Under the pieces are notes generated by a model that saw nothing but the letters and a program-made list of their open reading frames with translations, searched no databases and was not told the DNA's origin. This document shows, one piece after another, positions 43,956-52,849 of a stretch of 64,000 bases of DNA. The position numbers were made by a program, and so were the translations under genes. Position 1 is the stretch's first letter. The number at the start of each line of letters is the position of its first letter. This DNA comes from a virus (taxonomy: Duplodnaviria > Caudoviricetes), in IMG/VR virus record IMGVR_UViG_3300032270_001615, positions 1-64,000 of that record; one strand, 5' to 3'.

Positions 43956-45881
43956 ATGACAATTTTAGATCAAGCATTTGTGGACTCCTATTCCCTAAAG
44001 CAGGCTCCATGGGGTTTTAACGGCCTTGGAGAAATAGTTTTTCTTCGTACCTATAGCCGCAAAAAGGAAAACGGCAACACGGAGACATGGGTGGAAACTC
44101 TTCAGCGCGTGATTAACGGTGCTCACGAAGTCGGTGTCGATTACACAAAAGAAGAAGCCGAGGCGCTTTTTGACCATTGCTTCAATCTCCGCTGCTCGTT
44201 CTCTGGTCGTTCATTGTGGCAACTAGGAACGCCTCTTGTTCAGAAGTTCAACGCAACGTCTCTGAATAACTGCTACTTCACAAACATTGAAAAGATTGAA
44301 GACTTTGAACTTTTGTTTGAGTACTTGATGCTTGGCGGAGGAGTTGGTTTCTCTGTAGAGCGTTCTAAGATTCACGAACTTCCAAAGGTCAAGACTGGCG
44401 TAACAATTACGCACGAACGTAGTAACGACGCAGACATTATTGTCCCTGATTCACGTCAAGGTTGGAAGCGTCTTCTTCACGCAGTATTAAAGTCGTACTT
44501 CGATACGGGCAAATCGTTTAGTTACTCAACTGTTCTCATCCGTGAATACGGTGCACCGCTAAAGACTTTTGGTGGTACCGCATCGGGCCCTGGAGCACTC
44601 ATTGACGGGATCGCGGATATTTGCAAAGTGATGCAGAATCGCGAAGGAAAGAAACTTCGCTCGATAGATGTTCTCGACATTTGTAATATTATCGGTCGAA
44701 TAGTTGTCTCTGGATCTTCGCGCCGCTCCGCGCAAATCGCGATGGGTGATCCGGATGACGTTCTGTTCATTCGTGCGAAGAATTGGGCTTCAGGAAACGT
44801 TCCAGCATGGCGTGCTAATTCAAACAACTCTATCTACGCGGATTACTACGACGAAATCATGCCTGAACTGTGGAAGGGTTATGACGGAACTGGCGAGCCC
44901 TACGGCCTTCTCAACCGTCGCCTTGCACGCAAGTTCGGCAGAATTGGCGAACCAAAGCCAGACAATTCGATTGAAGGTTTCAATCCATGTGCGGAGATTG
45001 CGCTTGCTGATGGGGAGTCTTGCAACTTGGCAACAATCTTTTTGCCAAATGTTGAGTCTCTTGAGCAGTTTAAGGAAATTTCTCGCTTGCTATACAAGAC
45101 GCAGAAGCAGATTACTCGCATGGCATACCCTTACGAGAAGACAACAAACATTGTCAACAAGAACGCTCGACTTGGTCAGTCTGTCACTGGGATTCTTCAG
45201 TGTTCAGAAGAACAGGTTTCTTGGCTTTCACCTGCGTATGAGCATTTGCAAGAATTTGATAAGCAATACTCAGCAGAGCGTGGATGGCCAGCATCGGTTC
45301 GTTTGACAACTGTTCAGCCATCAGGAACGCTTTCCCTTCTCCCAGGAGTAACACCAGGTATTCACCCTGCTTACGCTCAGTACTATGTTCGTCGTGTTCG
45401 ATTTGGTTCATCAGACCCGTTGGTAGAGGCTTGTCGCAAGCGTGGTTACAAGATTCAGTGGGATATCGGAATTGACGGGAGAGAGGATCACACTCGATAC
45501 GTAATCGACTTCCCGTGCATGTCTCCAGAGGGATCAACCCTTGCCGCAGACATGACCGCTGTTCAACAGTTGGAACTGGTTGGATCAATGCAGAAACTTT
45601 GGGCTGATAACGCCGTTTCGGTAACTGTGTATTACAGAAAAGAAGAGCTTCCAGCTATTCAAGAGTGGCTATCAGAGAATTACGACAAGAGCGTTAAGTC
45701 GGTTTCTTTCCTTCTTCACGTAGACCATAACTTTTCTTTGCCTCCATACGAAGAGATCACAAAAGCAGAGTACGAAAAAATGCTCGGCAAGATTGATAGT
45801 TCGATACCTTTGCAGGAAGTAGTTTTTGGTGGAGAATTAGATCTTGATAATTGTGCTACTGGCGCATGTCCAATCAAATGA
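43956..45881 (+). CDS. nrdJ: class II (B12-dependent) ribonucleoside-triphosphate reductase
   Basis: RTYSR, LNNCYF, GSSRRSA, GFNPCAEI, TTVQPSGTLSLL, C-terminal CATGACPIK; no beta subunit adjacent. Confidence 0.92.
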   Translation: MTILDQAFVDSYSLKQAPWGFNGLGEIVFLRTYSRKKENGNTETWVETLQRVINGAHEVGVDYTKEEAEALFDHCFNLRCSFSGRSLWQLGTPLVQKFNATSLNNCYFTNIEKIEDFELLFEYLMLGGGVGFSVERSKIHELPKVKTGVTITHERSNDADIIVPDSRQGWKRLLHAVLKSYFDTGKSFSYSTVLIREYGAPLKTFGGTASGPGALIDGIADICKVMQNREGKKLRSIDVLDICNIIGRIVVSGSSRRSAQIAMGDPDDVLFIRAKNWASGNVPAWRANSNNSIYADYYDEIMPELWKGYDGTGEPYGLLNRRLARKFGRIGEPKPDNSIEGFNPCAEIALADGESCNLATIFLPNVESLEQFKEISRLLYKTQKQITRMAYPYEKTTNIVNKNARLGQSVTGILQCSEEQVSWLSPAYEHLQEFDKQYSAERGWPASVRLTTVQPSGTLSLLPGVTPGIHPAYAQYYVRRVRFGSSDPLVEACRKRGYKIQWDIGIDGREDHTRYVIDFPCMSPEGSTLAADMTAVQQLELVGSMQKLWADNAVSVTVYYRKEELPAIQEWLSENYDKSVKSVSFLLHVDHNFSLPPYEEITKAEYEKMLGKIDSSIPLQEVVFGGELDLDNCATGACPIK

Positions 45882-46198
45882 CAGATACCACACACTCTGA
45901 AGATAAATGTGAAACATGCAACAGTTTTTGTTGTACGTGTGAACTTTGTGAATGTTGTAAAAAACACTTGGCGACATCTAGCGCTGTCGAGCGAGTGATG
46001 GAGTCATACGCACCATCTCCTTTTGAGTTGAATATGGCTAACGAAATTTTAGAATTGCAAAAACTTTTGCAAAACGAAAAAGAAATTAGCGATTTACTAT
46101 TTGTTTCTCTGGTAAATCATGGATACAATGACGAAGACGAAATTTTTAGAAAATCTAAAGCGATTAATAATTACAAAAAATCACGTCAGAAAGATTGA
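45878..46198 (+). CDS. hypothetical protein
   Basis: ATGA overlap with nrdJ. Confidence 0.45.
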   Translation: MTDTTHSEDKCETCNSFCCTCELCECCKKHLATSSAVERVMESYAPSPFELNMANEILELQKLLQNEKEISDLLFVSLVNHGYNDEDEIFRKSKAINNYKKSRQKD

Positions 46199-46550
46199 GG
46201 TTTTCTTGTCTAAGCAAGATATTGTAAGTGTTGGTTTTGGCGGAAAACCTTATGTGATTCTTTGTTACGCTAGAATGCGTGGCGGATATATAACTAAGAG
46301 CGAGTACAGGAAATTTCAACTAGACAATAGACAAAAGACGATTAACATCCATACGGAATTTTCGTTCTTGGCTTCAGTTGGATACCTGGAACGAAATAAC
46401 GATCTTGGCTATCCTCGATTTAAACTGACCATGGAAGGTCAGAAAGCTCTGAGTGAAGTATCTCGCCGCAAGATACAGAAAGAACGAAAGTATTTAAAGT
46501 CTGGGAAACTAAAACGCGAAGACGCATGCTATGTACACGACAATTTCTGA
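46119..46550 (+). CDS. basic hypothetical protein
   Basis: Start uncertain; overlaps the previous ORF. Confidence 0.4.
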   Translation: MDTMTKTKFLENLKRLIITKNHVRKIEVFLSKQDIVSVGFGGKPYVILCYARMRGGYITKSEYRKFQLDNRQKTINIHTEFSFLASVGYLERNNDLGYPRFKLTMEGQKALSEVSRRKIQKERKYLKSGKLKREDACYVHDNF

Positions 46551-46788
46551 CCTCTACCCAGTGATGATCAGGCAGGCTCGCTATAGCGGTGTCTATGAGG
46601 GTGGTCAATGGATCGCAATTGGCAACTACGAGGACGTTGAACTGGACGATTATTTCCACGGTGATGACAGTGATGCTCTTGACTTGTTCGAATCTGAGGC
46701 AGGGCAGCTCATAGGGGTGGGAAATACTCCAAACGAAGCACTTGATAACATGTTGTCAAAATACAGGGAAAAAACTGTTATAGATTAG
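46531..46788 (+). CDS. hypothetical protein
   Basis: RYSGVYEGG.W...GNTPNEAL. Confidence 0.55.
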   Translation: MYTTISDLYPVMIRQARYSGVYEGGQWIAIGNYEDVELDDYFHGDDSDALDLFESEAGQLIGVGNTPNEALDNMLSKYREKTVID

Positions 46789-46795
46789 TGGTCAT

Positions 46796-46869
46796 GCGTC
46801 GGTAGCTCAATCGGATAGAGCAACAGACTTCTAATCTGTAGGTTGTAGGTTCAAGTCCTGCCCGACGCG
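46796..46869 (+). tRNA. tRNA-Arg(TCT)
   Basis: GCGTCGG...ACAGA CT TCT AA TCTGT...GTAGG TTCAAGT CCTGC CCGACGC G. Confidence 0.92.
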
Positions 46870-46898
46870 CAAATTAGCCACTAAATGAAAGGAATATT

Positions 46899-47090
46899 AT
46901 GAAGAGACTTCATCCTAAACACATTCTTCGGTTGTACAGAATGAATCGCCTATGGGGCGACAACACGCTTGAAGCGTTGTATTGGGCGCTTCGCGGCAAG
47001 GCATTCCTTGCTTCCTTTGAAGGACGCCTCATAGAGCATCAACTGACTCAAAGCGACGTTGAGGATGCTTGGCGGCAGGCAATAAAATGA
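46899..47090 (+). CDS. hypothetical protein
   Basis: AAGGAA RBS. Confidence 0.5.
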   Translation: MKRLHPKHILRLYRMNRLWGDNTLEALYWALRGKAFLASFEGRLIEHQLTQSDVEDAWRQAIK

Positions 47091-47509
47091 ACGAGCTACA
47101 AATACAGATAGAGGAGCTAAAGAAGAAGATAGTTCCTGAATATTGGAAGTCAATAGATGTTGGTGAGGGCTGGTATCAGTTGGTCATTGACTGTGACAAG
47201 GAATTGACCGGAGTAGACCCGAAGTATCAGATTTACCAAGTTAAGGAAAAGTTTGGCCGTCTTCGCTTTTACACAAAACCATCAAATATCGACGATAAAC
47301 ACACCATGATACGAATCGGGGATATCATCTCCAAGTATGAAGACATTGCATCTAGAACATGTAGCGCCACAGGTGGTCCTGGAGTCCTTATGAAGTCAAT
47401 CGGCGGATGGCTTAAAACCCTAAACCCAGAGTATGCAGCAGAGTCTCTGCATCGTGGAAAATACTCAGTTGTTGAAAACAAACTTGCGCAGAACCAGGAA
47501 ATGATTTAA
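47087..47509 (+). CDS. conserved phage hypothetical protein
   Basis: GWYQLV...QVKEKFGRLRFY. Confidence 0.65.
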   Translation: MNELQIQIEELKKKIVPEYWKSIDVGEGWYQLVIDCDKELTGVDPKYQIYQVKEKFGRLRFYTKPSNIDDKHTMIRIGDIISKYEDIASRTCSATGGPGVLMKSIGGWLKTLNPEYAAESLHRGKYSVVENKLAQNQEMI

Positions 47510-47570
47510 GATAACCCCGAGGGGGCATTCATCTAGGTGATGCTGAAACTGACTCTGTCTACCCTCACTT

Positions 47571-47646
47571 TGGCGAGTAGCTCAGTTGGCAGAGCAAGGG
47601 ACTGTTAATCCCTGGGTCGTAGGTTCGAGCCCTACCTCGCCAGCCA
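47571..47646 (+). tRNA. tRNA-Asn(GTT) with encoded CCA
   Basis: TGGCGAG...AGGGA CT GTT AA TCCCT...CTCGCCA G CCA. Confidence 0.92.
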
Positions 47647-47700
47647 TATGTTTGAAGTTCACGAATAGGCGTATATGCTTTCAATACCTACGTACTAAGG

Positions 47701-48459
47701 ATGGAAAAAATGCGACTTTTAAGCAAATTGGTAATCTGTGCAAGTGTTTTTAGTTTTGGAGCAGTAGCTGCTCCTTCGTCAGCTTTAGCTGAAAGCTGCG
47801 AGTCTTATTCCGAAGCGCCATCTTCTTCATCTGCCACAACATTTACAATCATTGATACAGAGGTTGGAACCGATGCCTACCAGCGACTTGTCGGGTATGG
47901 CAAGGGCGGACACAAGGCACTTGGTATTGCGATTGCTGGTTCTTATGACTACTTCGGCAAATGCCAATACGTCGGCATTGGGGTGATGGATGGTAGCGGT
48001 GGAAATGGTTATCGTCCAAACTTCACTTTGGCTATTTGGCATGAAGGCGTAGACGCGTCGAAAGCGAGAGGAGTCATTTACGCGCTTATAGGCGCAGAGT
48101 CAAACCCAACAGTGACAAACGGTGATTGCAACATCTCTTGCGATGGATCAAATGGTCGTCAATTTGACGGGTCTACGACAACAACTGAAGTTACCACTAC
48201 TACCACGGTTGCCCCTGAGCAAGTTCAGGATGCGGTAGGTTCACCTGAACCACAAGAAGAGCCTCCTGTACAGGTTGCAACTCAAGAGCCGTATGCAGAG
48301 CCACTCCCCCCAGTCCAGGAGCAAAAGGTAGAGGTTGTTGAAGTGGCAATATCGTCATCACCATTCGTAAATAGTTACGTGAATAAAAAGGTTCCTGTAA
48401 AGAATAAGTCAATTAAACGCAAAAAAGCCTTGTCTCATAAAAAAATTCTGAATAAATAA
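47701..48459 (+). CDS. secreted protein with Thr/Pro-rich linker
   Basis: Signal peptide, STTTTEVTTTTTVAPEQ, basic tail. Confidence 0.6.
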   Translation: MEKMRLLSKLVICASVFSFGAVAAPSSALAESCESYSEAPSSSSATTFTIIDTEVGTDAYQRLVGYGKGGHKALGIAIAGSYDYFGKCQYVGIGVMDGSGGNGYRPNFTLAIWHEGVDASKARGVIYALIGAESNPTVTNGDCNISCDGSNGRQFDGSTTTTEVTTTTTVAPEQVQDAVGSPEPQEEPPVQVATQEPYAEPLPPVQEQKVEVVEVAISSSPFVNSYVNKKVPVKNKSIKRKKALSHKKILNK

Positions 48460-48490
48460 TCCAAACTCAGACTGCGCTAGTATCTGGTGT

Positions 48491-49255
48491 ATGTCTGTGC
48501 AAATAATCGACAATGTAAACATTGGTGAAATACCTGCTACGCCAACCGCCCTTGACCACGGTCTGGATGTTGGGGTAGCTAAATCATCGCTGATTGAAAT
48601 CGCCAAAGATTACGGACATCCGGTTGCTTACATACAAGAGCAATACGGAAGACTTATTCAGCATGTTTTCCCTATACAGAAAACAGAAAAAGAGCAAATG
48701 TCAACTTCCTCGAAGGTGGAGTTGGAGCTTCATACAGAAACAGCTTTTCACCCATATAAACCAGATTATGTAATGCTTTTGTGTCTTCGCGGAGACGAAA
48801 ATGCAGCCACAACATACGTATGTCTAGAGGATTTGCTGGGTGAGACAGATCCAGAAGTGCTCTATGAGCTAACAAAAGAAAACTTCGTAACCTCAATTGA
48901 TAAAAGTTTCAGGATGAATGGCGAAGAAGACAAGTTGATTAAGACATCAATTATTCAACGGCGTGAAGATGGTTATGTTCGTCTCAATTACGACAGTTCG
49001 GTAATGTACGGTTTGGAAACAACTGCTCAGTTAGCTTTAGAGGAGTTTAAGAAAATTATTGCAAAGAACGTAAAAGAATTTACTCTTTCTCAGGGCCAGC
49101 TGGCGATAATCGACAATTCAGCAACCATACATGGAAGAAAAGATTTTGTTCCTAGATACGACGGAACCGATAGATGGCTTCTGCGTTGTCTTGTTAGGGA
49201 AAAACTCCCCCCATCTGACCACATAGATGGAAATGTTATTACAACAAAGTTTTAA
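48491..49255 (+). CDS. TauD/clavaminate synthase-like Fe(II)/2OG dioxygenase
   Basis: LHTETAF...DYVMLLCLR...IDNSATIHGRKDF.PRYDGTDRWLLR. Confidence 0.85.
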   Translation: MSVQIIDNVNIGEIPATPTALDHGLDVGVAKSSLIEIAKDYGHPVAYIQEQYGRLIQHVFPIQKTEKEQMSTSSKVELELHTETAFHPYKPDYVMLLCLRGDENAATTYVCLEDLLGETDPEVLYELTKENFVTSIDKSFRMNGEEDKLIKTSIIQRREDGYVRLNYDSSVMYGLETTAQLALEEFKKIIAKNVKEFTLSQGQLAIIDNSATIHGRKDFVPRYDGTDRWLLRCLVREKLPPSDHIDGNVITTKF

Positions 49256-49263
49256 TCACCGAT

Positions 49264-49545
49264 TTACTCTTCGCTGTCAGGTATTCCGTTGCCATTCTTG
49301 TCTTCGGCGTTTCTTCCTGTAGAAATCATTAATCCAGCAAGTGTTCCGGTAATGAATGTTGCTACCGACGAAAGAACCCCAAAGAACATCTTGTCATTTT
49401 CGGCTTGAGCACCAATCGGCTGTGTCACGAATACGAGCGCCCAAAGGACTCCGACGGTTGTAATAAGAAGAACAAATCCGAGCATGCATCCAATAACAAA
49501 CTTAAGGCGAGCATCTAACTCTGCAGGGGTTAAACGTGGTTTCAT
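49264..49545 (-). CDS. two-TM membrane protein
   Basis: Two hydrophobic helices; ATGA overlap gives the start at 49545. Confidence 0.6.
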   Translation of the reverse strand: MKPRLTPAELDARLKFVIGCMLGFVLLITTVGVLWALVFVTQPIGAQAENDKMFFGVLSSVATFITGTLAGLMISTGRNAEDKNGNGIPDSEE

Positions 49546-49760
49546 GGTGCGACTGTCTCCTCGATTGTTGTTTCTGTTGCTGCGTTCGGGTCCCATCCAA
49601 GCAGCGTCTCTGTGCACGCGCCATCTACCTTGCATATCGGAGGCTGACATTCTGTTGATTCCCAGTTTTCAGGGTCTTGACATGGGTAGCGATACTTGCC
49701 GTCATAGCCACAAGAAGCAAGAGCGAGTATGGACAAGAAAACAAGACTAAGCCTTTTCAT
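49542..49760 (-). CDS. small lipoprotein
   Basis: MKRLSLVFLSILALASC lipobox. Confidence 0.6.
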   Translation of the reverse strand: MKRLSLVFLSILALASCGYDGKYRYPCQDPENWESTECQPPICKVDGACTETLLGWDPNAATETTIEETVAP

Positions 49761-50019
49761 TTGTTTTCTCTTTGGTTGGTGCTTTTTTATCAACCTTGTT
49801 AAATACGTCATTTATTTCTGAGCTTGAAAGTTTTCCATCCTCGAGAAACGCTCTTGATAGGCCTTCGACTACGACTGCAACCCCTGCAATTCCAGCCATG
49901 AAGACAGCTTTAAGTACTGGAACACCAGCAATAGTTCCTGCGCCGATAACGCCAAGACCAGATGCGGCGAAAGTAGCAAGAATTCTAAGTATGACATTTA
50001 CGAATAGATCCTTTTTCAT
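49747..50019 (-). CDS. two-TM membrane protein (holin-like)
   Basis: Two TM helices and a charged C-terminus. Confidence 0.5.
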   Translation of the reverse strand: MKKDLFVNVILRILATFAASGLGVIGAGTIAGVPVLKAVFMAGIAGVAVVVEGLSRAFLEDGKLSSSEINDVFNKVDKKAPTKEKTNEKA

Positions 50020-50423
50020 TTTGTTTTAAATTCCTCCCACGTCTTATCTCCAACGCCAAAATACTCCCTGGCGTATCCAGCCTGGATAATGTCCTTGTTC
50101 AGACAGGCTGTAGACGGGTCTTGAATGTTGTCTGAACTGAATATTCTTGCAAGAATTCGACCGTATTTGTCGTTCTTGTCTGGGATGGTATTTACGAAAA
50201 CCCATTTGTGGCTTGTTAGCCAATCCTGCGTAAAGCTCTTAGCTTTTAGGCCCATCTCTTTTTCTGCAATATCTTTGGTTCTTGATTCTGGAGTGTTTAC
50301 ACCATAAAGTCTTACTCTTATTTTGTGGTGTATGTTGAATCCAAGGTCGATCATAAGCTCGATAGTGTCGCCATCGATTACTTTGAGGACAGTAGCTCCA
50401 TACCAGAATCTTTGATTTTCCAT
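50016..50423 (-). CDS. thermonuclease (SNase) family nuclease
   Basis: KVIDGDTI...RVRLYGVNTPES...DKYGRILA. Confidence 0.9.
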   Translation of the reverse strand: MENQRFWYGATVLKVIDGDTIELMIDLGFNIHHKIRVRLYGVNTPESRTKDIAEKEMGLKAKSFTQDWLTSHKWVFVNTIPDKNDKYGRILARIFSSDNIQDPSTACLNKDIIQAGYAREYFGVGDKTWEEFKTK

Positions 50424-50579
50424 TTATTTTGCAGAGCCTTCAGATAAAACTTCTTTTTCTATTTTACGTAGGCGTGCATCTTCCATCATTGCTTCTTCAG
50501 CCATCTTGTCGTAGCGTTCCATGAGCAAACGCAACTTCTCGGCGTTCTCTGGCAAAAACATGTCGTCTGTTGGAGTCAT
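50424..50579 (-). CDS. small hypothetical protein (51 aa)
   Basis: Fills the gap with coupled start and stop. Confidence 0.4.
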   Translation of the reverse strand: MTPTDDMFLPENAEKLRLLMERYDKMAEEAMMEDARLRKIEKEVLSEGSAK

Positions 50580-50749
50580 TCTTGTTCCTCGTCTATTGTC
50601 GGTTTTGTCTTGTCTCTTTTTTTCTTCTTCTTGATTGCGCTACCGTGCAGGTCTTGTACCCACGTTTGAAAATCTTCCGGAACGCCACGAGAGTTCTTCA
50701 AAAACCTTGTGTATTCGCTAACGTATTCGTCGTCTTCTTCTGGCTTCAT
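50576..50749 (-). CDS. small hypothetical protein (57 aa)
   Basis: MKPEEDDEYV...; ATGA overlap. Confidence 0.4.
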   Translation of the reverse strand: MKPEEDDEYVSEYTRFLKNSRGVPEDFQTWVQDLHGSAIKKKKKRDKTKPTIDEEQE

Positions 50750-50771
50750 ATGTAATAGATATTATCCCACA

Positions 50772-51305
50772 TTACATGGCATCTACGATTAGATGGACCC
50801 TATCTTCGATCCCATCATTTCGTAGGCTATGGAGTCTTCCGACGTTGTCTATAACCCATATTTGACCAGGTTTTAGGTTCATGGACTCACGCCCAATGGT
50901 GAATATGCATTCCGTATTGGTTATGACCGGTACGTGAATTCTGTGAGTTACCCTAGTTACTCGACCCTCGTCCGTATGTTCGGGAATCACTACTCCGGCT
51001 TTGAGCCGAGTAAGCATTGCTTGTTGAATTTTTACTTCACCAAAGTGTTCCCTTGCGGCCAAAACGACTTCATCTACATAGGAACTGAATCTTTCATGGT
51101 TTTTGTGCGGTATTGCTGAATCAACCCTCTGTTTTACGTCGTAAAACAAGGGGATAGTGTCAGTTATCGCCGACGCTGCACCGCGCCTTTTCTTTCTGCC
51201 TTCATATTCGGTCCAGTCTTCATCCGTTAACGACAGTACCTCGCCGAGAAGGTTATCAAATAGAGACATTTCTCCTAAAAACAGAAATGGTTCATTTTCC
51301 CTCAT
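50772..51305 (-). CDS. aspartyl/asparaginyl beta-hydroxylase-like 2OG-Fe(II) oxygenase
   Basis: LTRLKAG..IPEHTD...HRIHVPV.TN...WVIDN...HSLRNDG..DRVHLIVD. Confidence 0.85.
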   Translation of the reverse strand: MRENEPFLFLGEMSLFDNLLGEVLSLTDEDWTEYEGRKKRRGAASAITDTIPLFYDVKQRVDSAIPHKNHERFSSYVDEVVLAAREHFGEVKIQQAMLTRLKAGVVIPEHTDEGRVTRVTHRIHVPVITNTECIFTIGRESMNLKPGQIWVIDNVGRLHSLRNDGIEDRVHLIVDAM

Positions 51306-51327
51306 ACACAATCTTTCCGTATATAGC

Positions 51328-51366
51328 AAAAACCCCGCTCACCCCCGAAGGAATGAGCGGGGTTTT
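51328..51366 (-). terminator. intrinsic terminator after the capsid gene
   Basis: aaaaaccccgctca/tgagcggggtttt. Confidence 0.8.
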
Positions 51367-51379
51367 CACTTAATGCTTA

Positions 51380-52711
51380 TTAGTCTTCTGCACCTGGAGC
51401 GTTGTCGAAGGTTACTGCGACGAATGACTCTGGACGCTTGACAGCAAGGGCGAGACGCTGCTCGGCCAAGATGACAATTGCGTTGCGGATAAAGAAGTCT
51501 GCATGCTGTTCCGAGATACGGATGCTTGCTTGTTCACGGTCATAGATTTGTGCTCCTTGACCGAACGAACCGACGAGAGCAGTGCCTTCTGGCATTGCTG
51601 GGGTCTCGACGATTGGCAAACGCCATACCTTTGGCTCACCACCGAGAGCAACCGAGACGGCAACGAGGTACTGACCGTACTCGTCTTTTGCCAATTCGAT
51701 GTCTTCCCAATCGTTTGGATGCATTACGACACCAGATGGCTCGTAGTATGCAAGGAACGAAAGGGTTGCTGCACGACGGATTGCATCAGCCTTGTTGTCT
51801 GGAACTGGTGTAAGTGCACCAGACGACCAGTCGTAAGTCTGAATTCCGGCTGTCTCAAGGATACCTGTCAAGTTCTCACCAGTGCCATCGCCCTGGAGAA
51901 TTTGATAGTCTTCCTGCAAACGAAGGCCGTACATCAGTTCGTTGTCGATGATTGAGCGCAGTTGTGGCTCATCAGCAAGAACGTTTCTGTGTGCTGCTTC
52001 CCAGTGAGCAAGAGTCTTCGTCGATGTCTGAACACCTTCGAAGGTCATGCTTGACTGTGGCTTAACACCAAAGGTTGCTGAAGCTGAACGCTCTGCAACC
52101 ATTGCTGCGTTACGGGTAAAGCCGCTTACGCGGAAGTACTCGATGATTGCAGAAGTGGTAGTGCGGGTTGGGAACAAGTCACGAACTCTCTTCGTACGCA
52201 TTGGAGGTACGATGATTGGATCGCGCTGAACCGAACCGAACTGTGTTGGGAAGCCGCTTGGCATTGCAGTGTAAATGTCCTTGACGTTGTAACCGCCAGT
52301 GAACGATGCTTTTACCTCGAAAGGTGATGGCATGTTTGCACCATTGCGGCCGCCGTTAAGGGCCTTGAACTCTGCTGAGTCAAGGAACTGCTCACCGATG
52401 GTGCGGAGTTCCTTCTGGCTGTAACCGAATGCTGGCTGGCCTGCTGCAGCTGCTGCAACTTCTGCTGCAACTGAATCATGTGCCTGCTCAGAACCCCAGC
52501 TAGCAACCTTTTCGAACGACTCGAGGCCTTCGATCAAGGACTTGATTTCCTTGATGTCTGACATGTTGCGATCGAATGCTGACTTTTGTTCTGCGTTAAC
52601 TACGACTGTGCCGTCTTCAACTTTGAATGAATCTGCGATTGCCTTGTTGTCCGCCATCTTCTGACGAAGCGCACCCTGCAGTTCGTTTACTCTTGATTTG
52701 TCTACTGACAT
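51380..52711 (-). CDS. major capsid protein, HK97 fold, with N-terminal delta/coiled-coil domain
   Basis: LAHWEAAHRNVLAD.PQLRSIIDNEL.YGL...ED..IL.GDG; NAIVILAEQRLALAVKRPESF. Confidence 0.92.
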   Translation of the reverse strand: MSVDKSRVNELQGALRQKMADNKAIADSFKVEDGTVVVNAEQKSAFDRNMSDIKEIKSLIEGLESFEKVASWGSEQAHDSVAAEVAAAAAGQPAFGYSQKELRTIGEQFLDSAEFKALNGGRNGANMPSPFEVKASFTGGYNVKDIYTAMPSGFPTQFGSVQRDPIIVPPMRTKRVRDLFPTRTTTSAIIEYFRVSGFTRNAAMVAERSASATFGVKPQSSMTFEGVQTSTKTLAHWEAAHRNVLADEPQLRSIIDNELMYGLRLQEDYQILQGDGTGENLTGILETAGIQTYDWSSGALTPVPDNKADAIRRAATLSFLAYYEPSGVVMHPNDWEDIELAKDEYGQYLVAVSVALGGEPKVWRLPIVETPAMPEGTALVGSFGQGAQIYDREQASIRISEQHADFFIRNAIVILAEQRLALAVKRPESFVAVTFDNAPGAED

Positions 52712-52849
52712 GTTGGGTTTTTCTCCTGAATTGGAATTTTTATGGGATGAAGTGGCTTAGGTAAGCACCCAACCGCTAGATACAAAAGTATCACTGATTT
52801 ACGTCTTTTAGTGGAACACCGATAGTTTCGTACAAAAGTGTGTAAATAT

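Noticed and set aside
47515-47570. Hairpin plus TGATG/CTGAAAC before tRNA-Asn as a possible hammerhead ribozyme or tRNA remnant
   Set aside because: The CUGANGA core and cloverleaf are missing.
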